Source: an uncultured SAR86 cluster bacterium (GTDB lineage Bacteria > Pseudomonadota > Gammaproteobacteria > Magnimaribacterales > D2472). Taken from it: a stretch of DNA of 64,000 bases. The translations under genes were made by a program, and so were the position numbers. The notes beneath the pieces were generated by a model. It ran no database searches. It worked only from the letters and a program-made list of their open reading frames with translations, and was not told where the DNA came from. The DNA lies in the NCBI GenBank assembly GCA_902556105.1, contig CACDUZ010000003.1, forward strand, positions 49,579 to 113,578. Direction: 5' to 3'. Positions 27,116-36,673 of this stretch are shown one piece after another. Each line of letters starts with the position of its first letter. Position 1 is the first letter of the stretch.

Positions 27116-29923
27116 ATGAACAATTACTTAAAACTTACATTTAGTTTTTTCACATTAATTGCAATAACCTTTTCAGCGAATACTATTTCTCAAGAAGTTG
27201 AAGAAGTGGTAGTTACTGCTACAAAGAAAGAGGAGTCTACTCAAGACATTGCGGTTTCTATTACTGCTATCACTGCAGATCAACTTGCAGCCGATCAGAT
27301 TTACGATCTTCAAGATCTAGCAGAAATTGTTCCTGGTTTTGGCGTAGCTAAGGGAATCGGTTCTGGTTCAGGTTTTGTTATGAGAGGCATAGGTTCCTAT
27401 GGTGTAGGTGCTGCTGTTGTTAGCTCAATAGTAACAAGCATAAATGGCCATAGTGTTAATCCTAGTATCATGAATGATATGGGTTTTATGGATCTTGAGC
27501 GTATTGAGGTATTGAATGGACCCCAGGGAACTCTTTTTGGAAGAAATTCTGTAGCTGGTGTTATTAATCTAATTACTGCTAGACCAACTGGTGAATTTGA
27601 AGGATATGTAGACTATGAGTCTGGAAATTATGATAAAGAAACTGTTAAAGGTGCAGTTAACATGCCTATTTCCGACACTGTGCGTGCAAGACTAGCTTTT
27701 ATGACAAATACTAGAGACGGAATGGTAGAAAATACTACTAACGGGAATAAAATGGATGATCGAAATGATCAAGCTGTTAGACTTTCTCTTGACTGGGACA
27801 TAAATGATGTTACTGAATTAAAATTCACATATTCCGGACAAAAGAGTAATGATAATAGACCTCAAGAGGAAATTTCTTACTGTCAACAAGATCCATTCTT
27901 TGGTTGTTCACCATGGGTAAGAGGAACTCCTAATACTGCAGCAGACAGCAGAGGCATAGGTGCTGGTTTATTCTCATTTATTGCAGCACTTTATCCTGGA
28001 ACTATACAAAACGATTATCGTTTCTCACCAACTACTGCAGAGCTTAACAAATTAGCAATAGACAGAGAGCCAACCCATGTTCAGGATATTGAATTTTCAA
28101 ATTTAGAATTAGTAAGAGAGTTGAGTGATAACCTTACAATGACTGCAAAATATTCATACGAAACAAGAAGGTTTCAACAAATGAATGATAATGATGGAAG
28201 TACTTCTCTTGCACCATTTATTGGTGCTGGAGTATTATTAGGTCTCCCGCCTGTAGAATCAGAACAGTGTTTTGGTACTCCAACTTTTGGATTCTGTGAA
28301 TATGTTACAACTGATCGAACGTATGATTTTTCTGACGTAAAGTATGAATCACAACAGGCTGAAATTAACATAATTTCTGATTTTGATGGACCTTTTAATT
28401 ATACAGCAGGTTTCTATATGTATGATTCCAGAAATGATAATGAATATAGAGTTCAAACTCCTGGTACTCAATACATTGGTGATTTTAGTTCACATCCTTA
28501 TTATCCAACAGTAACTGGACTTCTCGGCATTGACTTTGGTGCTAAAGGTGGCGTTCCATTCTATCAAGGCTTATTAGGTGTTGTTGCACTTGCACAACCT
28601 GCTATAACAGCTCAGACAATGTTAGCTATGGGGCTTCCAATATCAGCTACTCAATTAGCACAGCTTCAGGCTTTTGGAGCCGGTGTTGCTGCTTTACAAG
28701 CATTGCCAGATGTTACTGTTCCTATGGATATTAGAGGTACTTTAAGTGATCAGCACGTAAGAGTTAAATCTCAAGCTATATATGGAGAAGCTTACTTTGA
28801 TTTAAATGATACAACCAAACTTACACTTGGATTGCGTTTTGATGACTTAACTAATGCTTCCACTACATATAACGGTGGTATTCTTTCAAGCGGTTGGATT
28901 GCTGCTGGCGGATTTAACTATACAAATAGGATGGATGTTCCAGGTTTAGTTGATTATTTAGTTTTAAATGAAACAGCTACAAATGGAAAAATAGCAATTC
29001 AAAAATATCTTCAAGAGGACGTGATGGTATATGCCAGTTACGCAACAGCTACTAAGGGAGCTGGTGTAAATGCTGGTGATAATCCTGTCCCTTATGACAA
29101 AGAAGATACTTCAGTGTTAGATTTTGGTTTAAAAGCTAGATTGCTTGATGGTGCAATGCTTTTGAACATGAATATATATAGAAATGACAGTGAAGGTATG
29201 TTGCTTGCAACTATAAGAGATACACAATCATTTAATAATAATGTAGATGCAGAAATTACTGGTTTTGAAGGACAACTTAATGTCTTTTTAACAGAAACAA
29301 CACAACTAGAATTTTCATGGTTAGCTGTAGATGCAGAAATTACTGATGCACCAGCTACGATTAATTATCTAAACCCTTTTGACGCTAATAGCGTTGCCCA
29401 ATATTTAGGTCCAGTAGATCCAAATGGGACAGGATTCCAAACAGGTGCAGTATTCGATAATGGCATGATGGGCTTTAAATCTGCAGGATTTAACTGTAGT
29501 GTTCCTCAGTTTGCTCCAGCTGCTAATGTTCCTTGCCCTGGTTCACTAGGAGTTCCAGTAAGTGTTGCTGGTAATCCTTTACCTGGTGTTGCTGATCTTG
29601 AATACAGTCTTTCAGTTACACAGTTATTCCCAAGTGCAAATGGAGTAACTTCATGGAGACTATCTTACAGATATAGAGATAAAACTAATGGCGATCCATT
29701 TGGCTATGCAAGGTTTGATGTTCCTGAACAAAAATACTGGGACTCACTCGTAAGATATACTCCAAATGATGGAGATTGGTATGTTGGCGCTTATGCTAAA
29801 AACTTGGCTGATGATCAAACTCTTAATAGTTTAAGATCAGGAAGTAATATTCAAGGTGGCCAATTATATGGTACCTTCGCTGACCCAAGAACTATTGGTA
29901 TTCAGTTTGGCACTTCTTTTTAA
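27116..29923 (+). CDS. TonB-dependent receptor (TBDR-2)
   Basis: Same architecture as TBDR-1 and collinear with TBDR-3 over its whole length. Ends ...FGTSF. Confidence 0.9.
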   Translation: MNNYLKLTFSFFTLIAITFSANTISQEVEEVVVTATKKEESTQDIAVSITAITADQLAADQIYDLQDLAEIVPGFGVAKGIGSGSGFVMRGIGSYGVGAAVVSSIVTSINGHSVNPSIMNDMGFMDLERIEVLNGPQGTLFGRNSVAGVINLITARPTGEFEGYVDYESGNYDKETVKGAVNMPISDTVRARLAFMTNTRDGMVENTTNGNKMDDRNDQAVRLSLDWDINDVTELKFTYSGQKSNDNRPQEEISYCQQDPFFGCSPWVRGTPNTAADSRGIGAGLFSFIAALYPGTIQNDYRFSPTTAELNKLAIDREPTHVQDIEFSNLELVRELSDNLTMTAKYSYETRRFQQMNDNDGSTSLAPFIGAGVLLGLPPVESEQCFGTPTFGFCEYVTTDRTYDFSDVKYESQQAEINIISDFDGPFNYTAGFYMYDSRNDNEYRVQTPGTQYIGDFSSHPYYPTVTGLLGIDFGAKGGVPFYQGLLGVVALAQPAITAQTMLAMGLPISATQLAQLQAFGAGVAALQALPDVTVPMDIRGTLSDQHVRVKSQAIYGEAYFDLNDTTKLTLGLRFDDLTNASTTYNGGILSSGWIAAGGFNYTNRMDVPGLVDYLVLNETATNGKIAIQKYLQEDVMVYASYATATKGAGVNAGDNPVPYDKEDTSVLDFGLKARLLDGAMLLNMNIYRNDSEGMLLATIRDTQSFNNNVDAEITGFEGQLNVFLTETTQLEFSWLAVDAEITDAPATINYLNPFDANSVAQYLGPVDPNGTGFQTGAVFDNGMMGFKSAGFNCSVPQFAPAANVPCPGSLGVPVSVAGNPLPGVADLEYSLSVTQLFPSANGVTSWRLSYRYRDKTNGDPFGYARFDVPEQKYWDSLVRYTPNDGDWYVGAYAKNLADDQTLNSLRSGSNIQGGQLYGTFADPRTIGIQFGTSF

Positions 29924-29944
29924 ATTTTAAATAAATTTAATTTT

Positions 29945-29974
29945 AAAGGCTGGGTTTATCCCAGCCTTTTTTTT
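29945..29974 (+). terminator. rho-independent terminator after TBDR-2
   Basis: GGCTGGG-TTTAT-CCCAGCC followed by T8. Confidence 0.7.
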
Positions 29975-30003
29975 GGATAAATACTTAAAATAGTTACATT
30001 TTT

Positions 30004-30014
30004 TATGTATATAA
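30004..30014 (+). promoter_or_regulatory. T-run + TATGTATATAA motif (extended -10-like) upstream of TBDR-3
   Basis: Shared motif; see the entry at 24136. Confidence 0.3.
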
Positions 30015-30091
30015 AAAACGTATAACAGTTTTCTACTTAGACACTATTTCCGCATAGAATATTTAAATATTAAACATATGGGGGATATTAA

Positions 30092-32905
30092 ATGTTTATA
30101 GTTAACCTAAGAAATAGTTTTTTTGCTTTACTACTCACATTCACCTTTTCTTATACCGCCGTTGCGCAAGAAATAGAAGAGGTTGTTGTTACTGCAACTA
30201 AAAAAGAAGAATCCACTCAAGACATTGCAGTTTCTATAACTGCCATAACTGCAGACTTGCTTGCTGCAGAACAAATATATGATCTTTCAGATTTAGCTGA
30301 AGTTGTTCCAGGTTTTGAAACTTCCAAAGGCGTGGGCTCTGGATCAGGTTTTGTTATGAGAGGTATTGGTTCCTATGGCGTAGGTGCTGCTGTAGTAAGC
30401 TCAATAGTTACAAGCATTAACGGACATAGTGTTAACACAAGTGTGATGACTGATTTAGGTTTTATTGACCTTGAAAGAATAGAAATTTTAAATGGTCCAC
30501 AAGGAACTCTTTTTGGAAGAAATTCTGTTCAAGGGGTTATTAATTTAATTACCAAAAGACCAACCGAAGAGCTTGGTGGATACGTGGATGTTGAAGTTGG
30601 GTCATTTGATAGACAATTTGTGAAAGGTGCAATTAATGTTCCTTTTAGTGACTCTTTAAGAACAAGACTAGCATTTGCAACAAATACAAGAGATGGAATG
30701 GTTGAAAATGGTTATACGGGAAATGCAATGGATGATAGAAATGATCAATCCATCAGACTTTCTGTAGATTGGGATATTGACGATACTACTGAATTAAAAT
30801 TTACATACTCAGGACAAAAAAGTGATGATAATAGACCTCAAGAAGAAGCATCATATTGTCAGCCAGATCAATTCTTTGGATGTTCACCATACGAACGAGG
30901 TCCATTAGGTGGCTCACCCGATAGTAGGGGTAGTGCATTTGGTCTTTTTGGATTTATTGGACTTATTTATCCAGGAACAGTAAATAATGATTTTGGAACT
31001 GCGCTAAGACCAGACTCATTTAAGACTTTATATTTCGATAGAGAACCAACTCATCTTCAAGAAATCGAGGTTTCTAATTTAGAGCTCGTTAAAGAACTTG
31101 ATAATAATTTAACTCTTGTTGCAAAGTATTCTTACGAAACAAGACTATTTCAGCAGATGAATGACAATGATGGAGTTGTAAATAACCAACCTATGATTGG
31201 TACATTAGCAGGACCACCTTTTAGCTTACCTCCTATTGTTGCTGATGTATGTTTTGGAACAACTAATTTTGGTTTTTGTGAAACCGTAGATACTAACAGG
31301 GTATATGACTTTTCTGATGTAGCTACCAATTCAGGTCAGGGTGAGATAAACATAGTATCTGATTATGATGGTCCATTTAATTTTACAGTTGGTTATTATA
31401 TTTTTGATGAAAGAAATGATAATGAATATAGGGTTCAATCAGTTGGTACTCAGCTTATTGGAGACTTTGGAATTCATCCATATCTTCCGGTAATTAACGG
31501 TGCCACTAATAGTGATTTTAGCAATAAGGGCGGTGTAATTTTTTATCAAACTCTCTTAGCTGCGTTACCGCTTGGACCTGCAGCTTTACAGGCTCAAGGA
31601 TTATTAGCTGCTGGTTTAACACCATCAGCTGCTCAATTGCAGGCACTTCAACAATTTGGAGGTCTCGTAGCACTTTTAAATTCACTTCCAGATGCGACCG
31701 TTCCAATGGATATGAGAGGCACACTAAGTGATCAGCACGTTAGAACTAAATCTCAAGCTCTTTATGGTGAAGCTTACTTTGATTTAAATGATACAACCAA
31801 ACTTACACTTGGTTTAAGGTATGACGATCTTTCAACAGCTGCCTCAACTTATAATGGTGGTCTCCTTTCAACAGCATGGTTACTTGCTGGAGGTCCTGCC
31901 TTTGAAAACAGAAGAGATGTCCCAGGGTTAGTTGATTACAGAGTAATCGAAGATACAGCAACAAATGGAAAAATTGCGATTCAAAAGTATTTGCAAGATG
32001 ACTTAATGGTCTACGCTAGCTATTCAACTGCCACAAAAGGTGGAGGTGTTAACGCTGGAAATAATCCTACTCCATATGAAAAAGAAGAGACATCGGTCAT
32101 AGATTTTGGTCTAAAAGCTAAATTCTTAGATGGAGCCATGCTTTTAAATATGAATGTATTTAAGAATGAAAATAATGGCATGTTACTAGATACAATTAGA
32201 GACACTCAGTCATTTAATATTAACGTAGATGCTGAAATCACAGGTTTTGAAGGTTTAATGAAAGTATTTTTATCAGAAACTACTCAATTAGATCTCACAT
32301 GGATAATGGTTGATGCTGAAATAACATCTGATACCAGCGCAATTAATTATTTAAATCCTGCAAATTCTACTCTTGTTATGCCTTTAGGTGCAGTTGATCC
32401 AAATGGAACTGGTTTCCTAACTGGTGCTGTCTTCAGCAATGGAGAAACATGGATTAAGTCTGGTGGATTTAATTGTAGTACTGCTGTAGGTTTTAATCCT
32501 GCTGCAAATGTCTTTTGTCCAGCAAGTGTTGGTAATCCAGTTGATTTGCAAGGCCTTCCTTTGCCAAGAGTTGCAGATTTATCATATAGCATTGCATTTA
32601 CTCAACTCTTCCCAACAGACAATGGAGTTACATCAGCTAGATTAGCTTACAGATTTAGAGACGAAACTAATGGTGATCCATATAATATGAGTAGGTTTGC
32701 AATTCCTGAGAATAAAACTTTTGACTTTTTACTAAGATATACACCAAATGATGGAGATTGGTATATTGGTGCATATGCTAAAAACTTAGCAGATGATCAA
32801 TATATGAATTCAATCAGATCTGGTAGTAATGCTCAAGGTGGTCAATTATATGCATCCTTTACAGATCCAAGAAGTTGGGGAATTCAGTTTGGTTCTTCAT
32901 TCTAA
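30092..32905 (+). CDS. TonB-dependent receptor (TBDR-3)
   Basis: Close paralog of TBDR-2, with long identical peptide runs such as EEVVVTATKKEESTQDIAVSITAITAD. Ends ...FGSSF. Confidence 0.9.
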   Translation: MFIVNLRNSFFALLLTFTFSYTAVAQEIEEVVVTATKKEESTQDIAVSITAITADLLAAEQIYDLSDLAEVVPGFETSKGVGSGSGFVMRGIGSYGVGAAVVSSIVTSINGHSVNTSVMTDLGFIDLERIEILNGPQGTLFGRNSVQGVINLITKRPTEELGGYVDVEVGSFDRQFVKGAINVPFSDSLRTRLAFATNTRDGMVENGYTGNAMDDRNDQSIRLSVDWDIDDTTELKFTYSGQKSDDNRPQEEASYCQPDQFFGCSPYERGPLGGSPDSRGSAFGLFGFIGLIYPGTVNNDFGTALRPDSFKTLYFDREPTHLQEIEVSNLELVKELDNNLTLVAKYSYETRLFQQMNDNDGVVNNQPMIGTLAGPPFSLPPIVADVCFGTTNFGFCETVDTNRVYDFSDVATNSGQGEINIVSDYDGPFNFTVGYYIFDERNDNEYRVQSVGTQLIGDFGIHPYLPVINGATNSDFSNKGGVIFYQTLLAALPLGPAALQAQGLLAAGLTPSAAQLQALQQFGGLVALLNSLPDATVPMDMRGTLSDQHVRTKSQALYGEAYFDLNDTTKLTLGLRYDDLSTAASTYNGGLLSTAWLLAGGPAFENRRDVPGLVDYRVIEDTATNGKIAIQKYLQDDLMVYASYSTATKGGGVNAGNNPTPYEKEETSVIDFGLKAKFLDGAMLLNMNVFKNENNGMLLDTIRDTQSFNINVDAEITGFEGLMKVFLSETTQLDLTWIMVDAEITSDTSAINYLNPANSTLVMPLGAVDPNGTGFLTGAVFSNGETWIKSGGFNCSTAVGFNPAANVFCPASVGNPVDLQGLPLPRVADLSYSIAFTQLFPTDNGVTSARLAYRFRDETNGDPYNMSRFAIPENKTFDFLLRYTPNDGDWYIGAYAKNLADDQYMNSIRSGSNAQGGQLYASFTDPRSWGIQFGSSF

Positions 32906-32922
32906 AAAGGATTAATTTTAAG

Positions 32923-32950
32923 AGCCCAGTATTACACTGGGCTTTTTTTT
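32923..32950 (+). terminator. rho-independent terminator after TBDR-3
   Basis: AGCCCAGT-ATTAC-ACTGGGCT followed by T8. Confidence 0.7.
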
Positions 32951-32965
32951 GCTTATAATCCACAT

Positions 32966-33445
32966 ATGAAACCTTTGCCTTATATACATGACTCAATAAC
33001 TGTCACAGAAAGTATGTGTGATCATAATGGCCATATGAATGTTAATCACTACTATAAATTATTTGACAGCACTTATACTTCATTTTATATAAATGAATTA
33101 GGGTTCGATGAGGATTATATTAAGAGCGGTTTCTCAACATTTACGTTAGAGGATAGCATTAGATACCTAAATGAGTTCACTCTTGATGAAAAGGTATATC
33201 CATCATTTATCTTGTATAAAGCTAATAAAAAATTACTTCACTTTATAGGGATATTACAGAATGAAGATGCAGAGCTTGCTGCGATTTTTGAAACTGTCCT
33301 AGGGCATATAGATCTTCAAAAGAGAAAGATAGTTAATTTTTCAGATGATAAGATTCAACATACTCAAGATATTTGTCAAAAACAAAAAGAGGGTACAGAT
33401 ATTTCATTCGAGATTAAGCTCGCCATAAAAGATATAAATGAATAA
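32966..33445 (+). CDS. hotdog-fold acyl-CoA thioesterase-like protein
   Basis: 159 aa. The N-terminal pattern VTESMCDHNGHMNVNHYYKLFD resembles the 4HBT/YbgC family (D..GH.N...Y). Confidence 0.55.
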   Translation: MKPLPYIHDSITVTESMCDHNGHMNVNHYYKLFDSTYTSFYINELGFDEDYIKSGFSTFTLEDSIRYLNEFTLDEKVYPSFILYKANKKLLHFIGILQNEDAELAAIFETVLGHIDLQKRKIVNFSDDKIQHTQDICQKQKEGTDISFEIKLAIKDINE

Positions 33446-34448
33446 AAATACACTTAGTAGGCTATTTTTAATAACAATTTTTATATCCCCTATAGCCTGT
33501 GCATATGAGTTTAGTGCCATGACGCTAAATGTAGATAATCTTTTTGATACTCTAGATGATAAAAATAAAGATGATAAGGCTTATCTCCCTATAGAAGCAA
33601 AAACATCAAAAAATCACATAAAATCATGCAACCGCATCAAAGTTAAGTCTTGGAAAAATGAGTGTTTATTTTTAGATTGGGATATTGAAACTAAAAACGT
33701 AAAACTAAAAAATTTAGCTTCTAATATTATTTCGTATGATAGAGATGGAGCAGATATCATAGCGCTTCAAGAAGTTGAAAATCTAAACATATTAAATCAA
33801 TTATTTGATTTATTAGAACCCTATGGATATCAAGATCTTATGTTAATAGAGGGTAAGGACTACAGAGGTATTGATACAGCACTCATTTCTAAATATAAGA
33901 TTTTAGATGCCAAACTTCACTACATTGTCTTTTCTGGTAAATTTGAAGGAAAAGATACAAGGCCAATTCTTGATGCATTAATTGATGTAAATGGAAGTAA
34001 GGTAAAGATTTATAATGTTCATTTTCCATCTGGTTTTCACGATGTTTCAATGAGAATTGACTCGTTAAACTTGCTTAGCGAGTTATTGGAAAACCATAAC
34101 TACCCAACTATTGCCTTGGGTGACTTCAATGTTAATACAAAAGAAGACACAAAATTAAATATATATAAATCTCAAGAAAAATACTGGAGCGTTGCCCACC
34201 TAGAAGGCTGCGAAGACTGCAAAGGATCATATTATTATAATTATGGAAAGGCATGGGAATATCTAGATACAATTTTCTTATCTAAGAATAGAGGGATAAA
34301 TTATGTTCCTGACAGCATAAACATTCATGTAACACCTTCTAATTCATATAATGATACTGGAAAACCAATAAGGTTTAATGCAAAAAATAAAACAGGCGTA
34401 TCAGATCACTTGCCTATGACAGCAAGATTTATAATTAAATCTAGATAG
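33438..34448 (+). CDS. secreted endonuclease/exonuclease/phosphatase (EEP) family protein
   Basis: Signal peptide, TLNVDNLFD at the start, IIALQEVEN, and the C-terminal SDHLPMTARF typical of the EEP fold. Confidence 0.7.
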   Translation: MNKNTLSRLFLITIFISPIACAYEFSAMTLNVDNLFDTLDDKNKDDKAYLPIEAKTSKNHIKSCNRIKVKSWKNECLFLDWDIETKNVKLKNLASNIISYDRDGADIIALQEVENLNILNQLFDLLEPYGYQDLMLIEGKDYRGIDTALISKYKILDAKLHYIVFSGKFEGKDTRPILDALIDVNGSKVKIYNVHFPSGFHDVSMRIDSLNLLSELLENHNYPTIALGDFNVNTKEDTKLNIYKSQEKYWSVAHLEGCEDCKGSYYYNYGKAWEYLDTIFLSKNRGINYVPDSINIHVTPSNSYNDTGKPIRFNAKNKTGVSDHLPMTARFIIKSR

Positions 34449-34857
34449 ATAAATTTTGTTTATCGTGACAATCACATTCAAGTTCTTTACAAACTTTATG
34501 ATTTCTATAATGAGCATATGCAACAATAGAAGAACCAATAACTGTAAGTACTTTTTCAGAAAGACCTTCACCTAAGAGAACAGCAAGAAGCATTAAAGAT
34601 AGGCCAAAAATACCAATTATCAAAAAAGAAAGCACTTTATGATTTCTATATCCTAGAGTTAGTGCAAGAGCGCTTATGGGTAAAGCCAATGTTAAAATAA
34701 TATAGTGAACAATCTCACTCTCAATAGAAAAAGATAAGAAGCTATATGCAAAAATTATAAGAGTAGGTGCAAACAAACAATGTATTACGCATGCTGCTGA
34801 TAAGCTCAATGCCACCTTGTCTGAATTCATTTGAGCTTTGAGCACTATTTTCTCCAA
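34441..34857 (-). CDS. MerC-domain-like small membrane protein with Cys/His-rich C-terminal tail
   Basis: 4 TM helices. The first helix carries CVIHC and the tail is CKELECDCHDKQ. Overlaps the upstream cupin gene by 13 nt. Confidence 0.45.
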   Translation of the reverse strand: MEKIVLKAQMNSDKVALSLSAACVIHCLFAPTLIIFAYSFLSFSIESEIVHYIILTLALPISALALTLGYRNHKVLSFLIIGIFGLSLMLLAVLLGEGLSEKVLTVIGSSIVAYAHYRNHKVCKELECDCHDKQNLSI

Positions 34858-35243
34858 CCACCTCGATCAAATACTCTCAAATATGTTAATTGATCATGGT
34901 CTGAGTCATTCACAACTTTACAATAATCACCAGATTCAACTAATACAATGTCACCAGCTGAAAGCTCATATGAATCTTTGTGTTCAATGCCATACGATGG
35001 GTTTGAGCCATGTCCTTCATCAGAATTCATGTACTCAACTATCTCCATAGTGCCTCTTCCGTTGGTAATGATATAAACAACATCAGAGTCAATGAGCTTA
35101 TGTCCGACTGTTGATTTACCAGGCTGTATTACAGTTTTACTAGCAATAATTCTCTGCAGTAAGTCATTTGACCACATTGTATAGTCATCAGTAGTTTTTT
35201 GAGGGGATCCCCCAATTCTAAAATTAGTATATTTTTTAGCCAT
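34845..35243 (-). CDS. cupin-domain protein
   Basis: 132-aa ORF with a cupin-like G.STVGHKL...G.G...........GD.V.V pattern. Probably co-transcribed with the MerC-like gene. Confidence 0.5.
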   Translation of the reverse strand: MAKKYTNFRIGGSPQKTTDDYTMWSNDLLQRIIASKTVIQPGKSTVGHKLIDSDVVYIITNGRGTMEIVEYMNSDEGHGSNPSYGIEHKDSYELSAGDIVLVESGDYCKVVNDSDHDQLTYLRVFDRGGWRK

Positions 35244-35374
35244 AATAAATTCCTTCGCTAATTATAAGTATTTGTTATCAATATACCAGTATATATAACT
35301 AATAAGGGTGTTGTTATTAAACAATATTTACTATACTTATGGACTTAAGAGAAAAATAGAGAGGAGCATCAATA

Positions 35375-36667
35375 ATGAGTAAAACTTATACTAACCCTGA
35401 AACAATAGGACTTCATGCAGGATGGAGAAAAGACGATACTACAAATTCGGTAGCAGTACCCATTCATCAAACATCAAGTTTCCAATTTGATGATTGCGAT
35501 CATGCAGCAAATTTATTTGCATTATCTGAGCTTGGAAATATTTATTCAAGGATTATGAACCCAACATGTGCAGTTCTTGAAGATAGAATTGCAGCCCTAG
35601 AAGGTGGTGTTGGTGCATTAGCTGTGGCATCAGGTCAAGCAGCTTCAGCATACGCAATCCAAAATATTGCCAAAAAAGGTGACAATATTGTTGCATCTTC
35701 ACATCTTTACGGCGGAACCTATAATCAGTTTAAAAATCCAATGTCAGATATGGGTATTGAAGTAAGATTCGTCGATCCAGCTGATCCAAATAACTTTGCA
35801 GAAGCTACTGATGAAAATACAAGAGCTTATTATGGAGAAGTATTGCCTAATCCTAGTTTTGAGGTTTTTCCAATAAGTGAAGTAGCTGAAATAGGAAGAC
35901 CTCTAGGAATTCCTTTAATTGTTGATAATACTGCGGCTCCCGTTATATGTAAGCCTTTTGATCATGGTGCAGCTGTATTAATTCACTCAACTACAAAATT
36001 TATTGGTGGTCACGGAACTTCAATTGGTGGAATTATTGTTGATAGCGGTAATTTTGACTGGGAAGCATTTCCAGACAGACAGCCAGCTTTGAATACACCA
36101 GATCCTTCTTATGGAGGTGCTGTTTGGACTGAAGCAGTTAAACCTCTTGGTCCTATTGCATACATTCTCAAAGCTAGAACCACAATACTAAGAGATATGG
36201 GAGCTGCGATGAGCCCATTTAACGCATTTATGTTTATTCAGGGTTTAGAAACTCTAGCCTTAAGAATGAGAGAGCATTCAGCTAATGCTGAAATAATTGC
36301 AAAATATTTATCAGAGCATGATTCAGTAGAAAGAGTCATATATCCTTCAGTCATGGATGGATATGCTAAAGATAGAGCAGAAAAATATCTTACTCGAGGT
36401 AATGGAGGCTTAATGGGCTTTGAAGTGAAAGGAGGGAGAGAGTCTGGAGAAAAATTCATTAATGCATTAGAGATGGTTTACCACGTTGCAAATATTGGAG
36501 ACTCAAGAAGTTTGGCTATTCATCCAGGTAGTACAACGCATAGTCAATTATCAGAGGAAGAACTTCTATCAGCAGGTATTACACCTGGCTTTGTAAGACT
36601 ATCAATAGGTCTCGAACATACTGATGACATTATTGCTGACTTTGAGCAAGCATTATCGAAGATATAA
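35375..36667 (+). CDS. metY: O-acetylhomoserine sulfhydrylase (aminocarboxypropyltransferase)
   Basis: The N-terminus ETIGLHAG...PIHQTSSFQF...NIYSRIMNPT and the PLP-Lys region HSTTKFIGGHG are typical of MetY/Cys-Met PLP enzymes. Confidence 0.9.
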   Translation: MSKTYTNPETIGLHAGWRKDDTTNSVAVPIHQTSSFQFDDCDHAANLFALSELGNIYSRIMNPTCAVLEDRIAALEGGVGALAVASGQAASAYAIQNIAKKGDNIVASSHLYGGTYNQFKNPMSDMGIEVRFVDPADPNNFAEATDENTRAYYGEVLPNPSFEVFPISEVAEIGRPLGIPLIVDNTAAPVICKPFDHGAAVLIHSTTKFIGGHGTSIGGIIVDSGNFDWEAFPDRQPALNTPDPSYGGAVWTEAVKPLGPIAYILKARTTILRDMGAAMSPFNAFMFIQGLETLALRMREHSANAEIIAKYLSEHDSVERVIYPSVMDGYAKDRAEKYLTRGNGGLMGFEVKGGRESGEKFINALEMVYHVANIGDSRSLAIHPGSTTHSQLSEEELLSAGITPGFVRLSIGLEHTDDIIADFEQALSKI

Positions 36668-36673
36668 AAAATT

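Noticed and set aside
24907-32592. Short alternative-frame and antisense ORFs within the three TBDR genes (for example 24907-25095, 25414-25656, 28174-28371, 31518-31724, 32347-32592).
   Set aside because: They are nested in long conserved TBDR frames and have no independent signals. Their composition-driven translations are rich in Q, L and H.
35244-35374. Possible SAM riboswitch in the 131-nt leader of metY, as SAM-II/SAM-V elements precede metY in some marine bacteria.
   Set aside because: I could not identify a pseudoknot-forming conserved core or any stable GC-containing helices. The spacer also has to contain the promoter of the divergent cupin operon. A covariance-model scan is needed to settle this.
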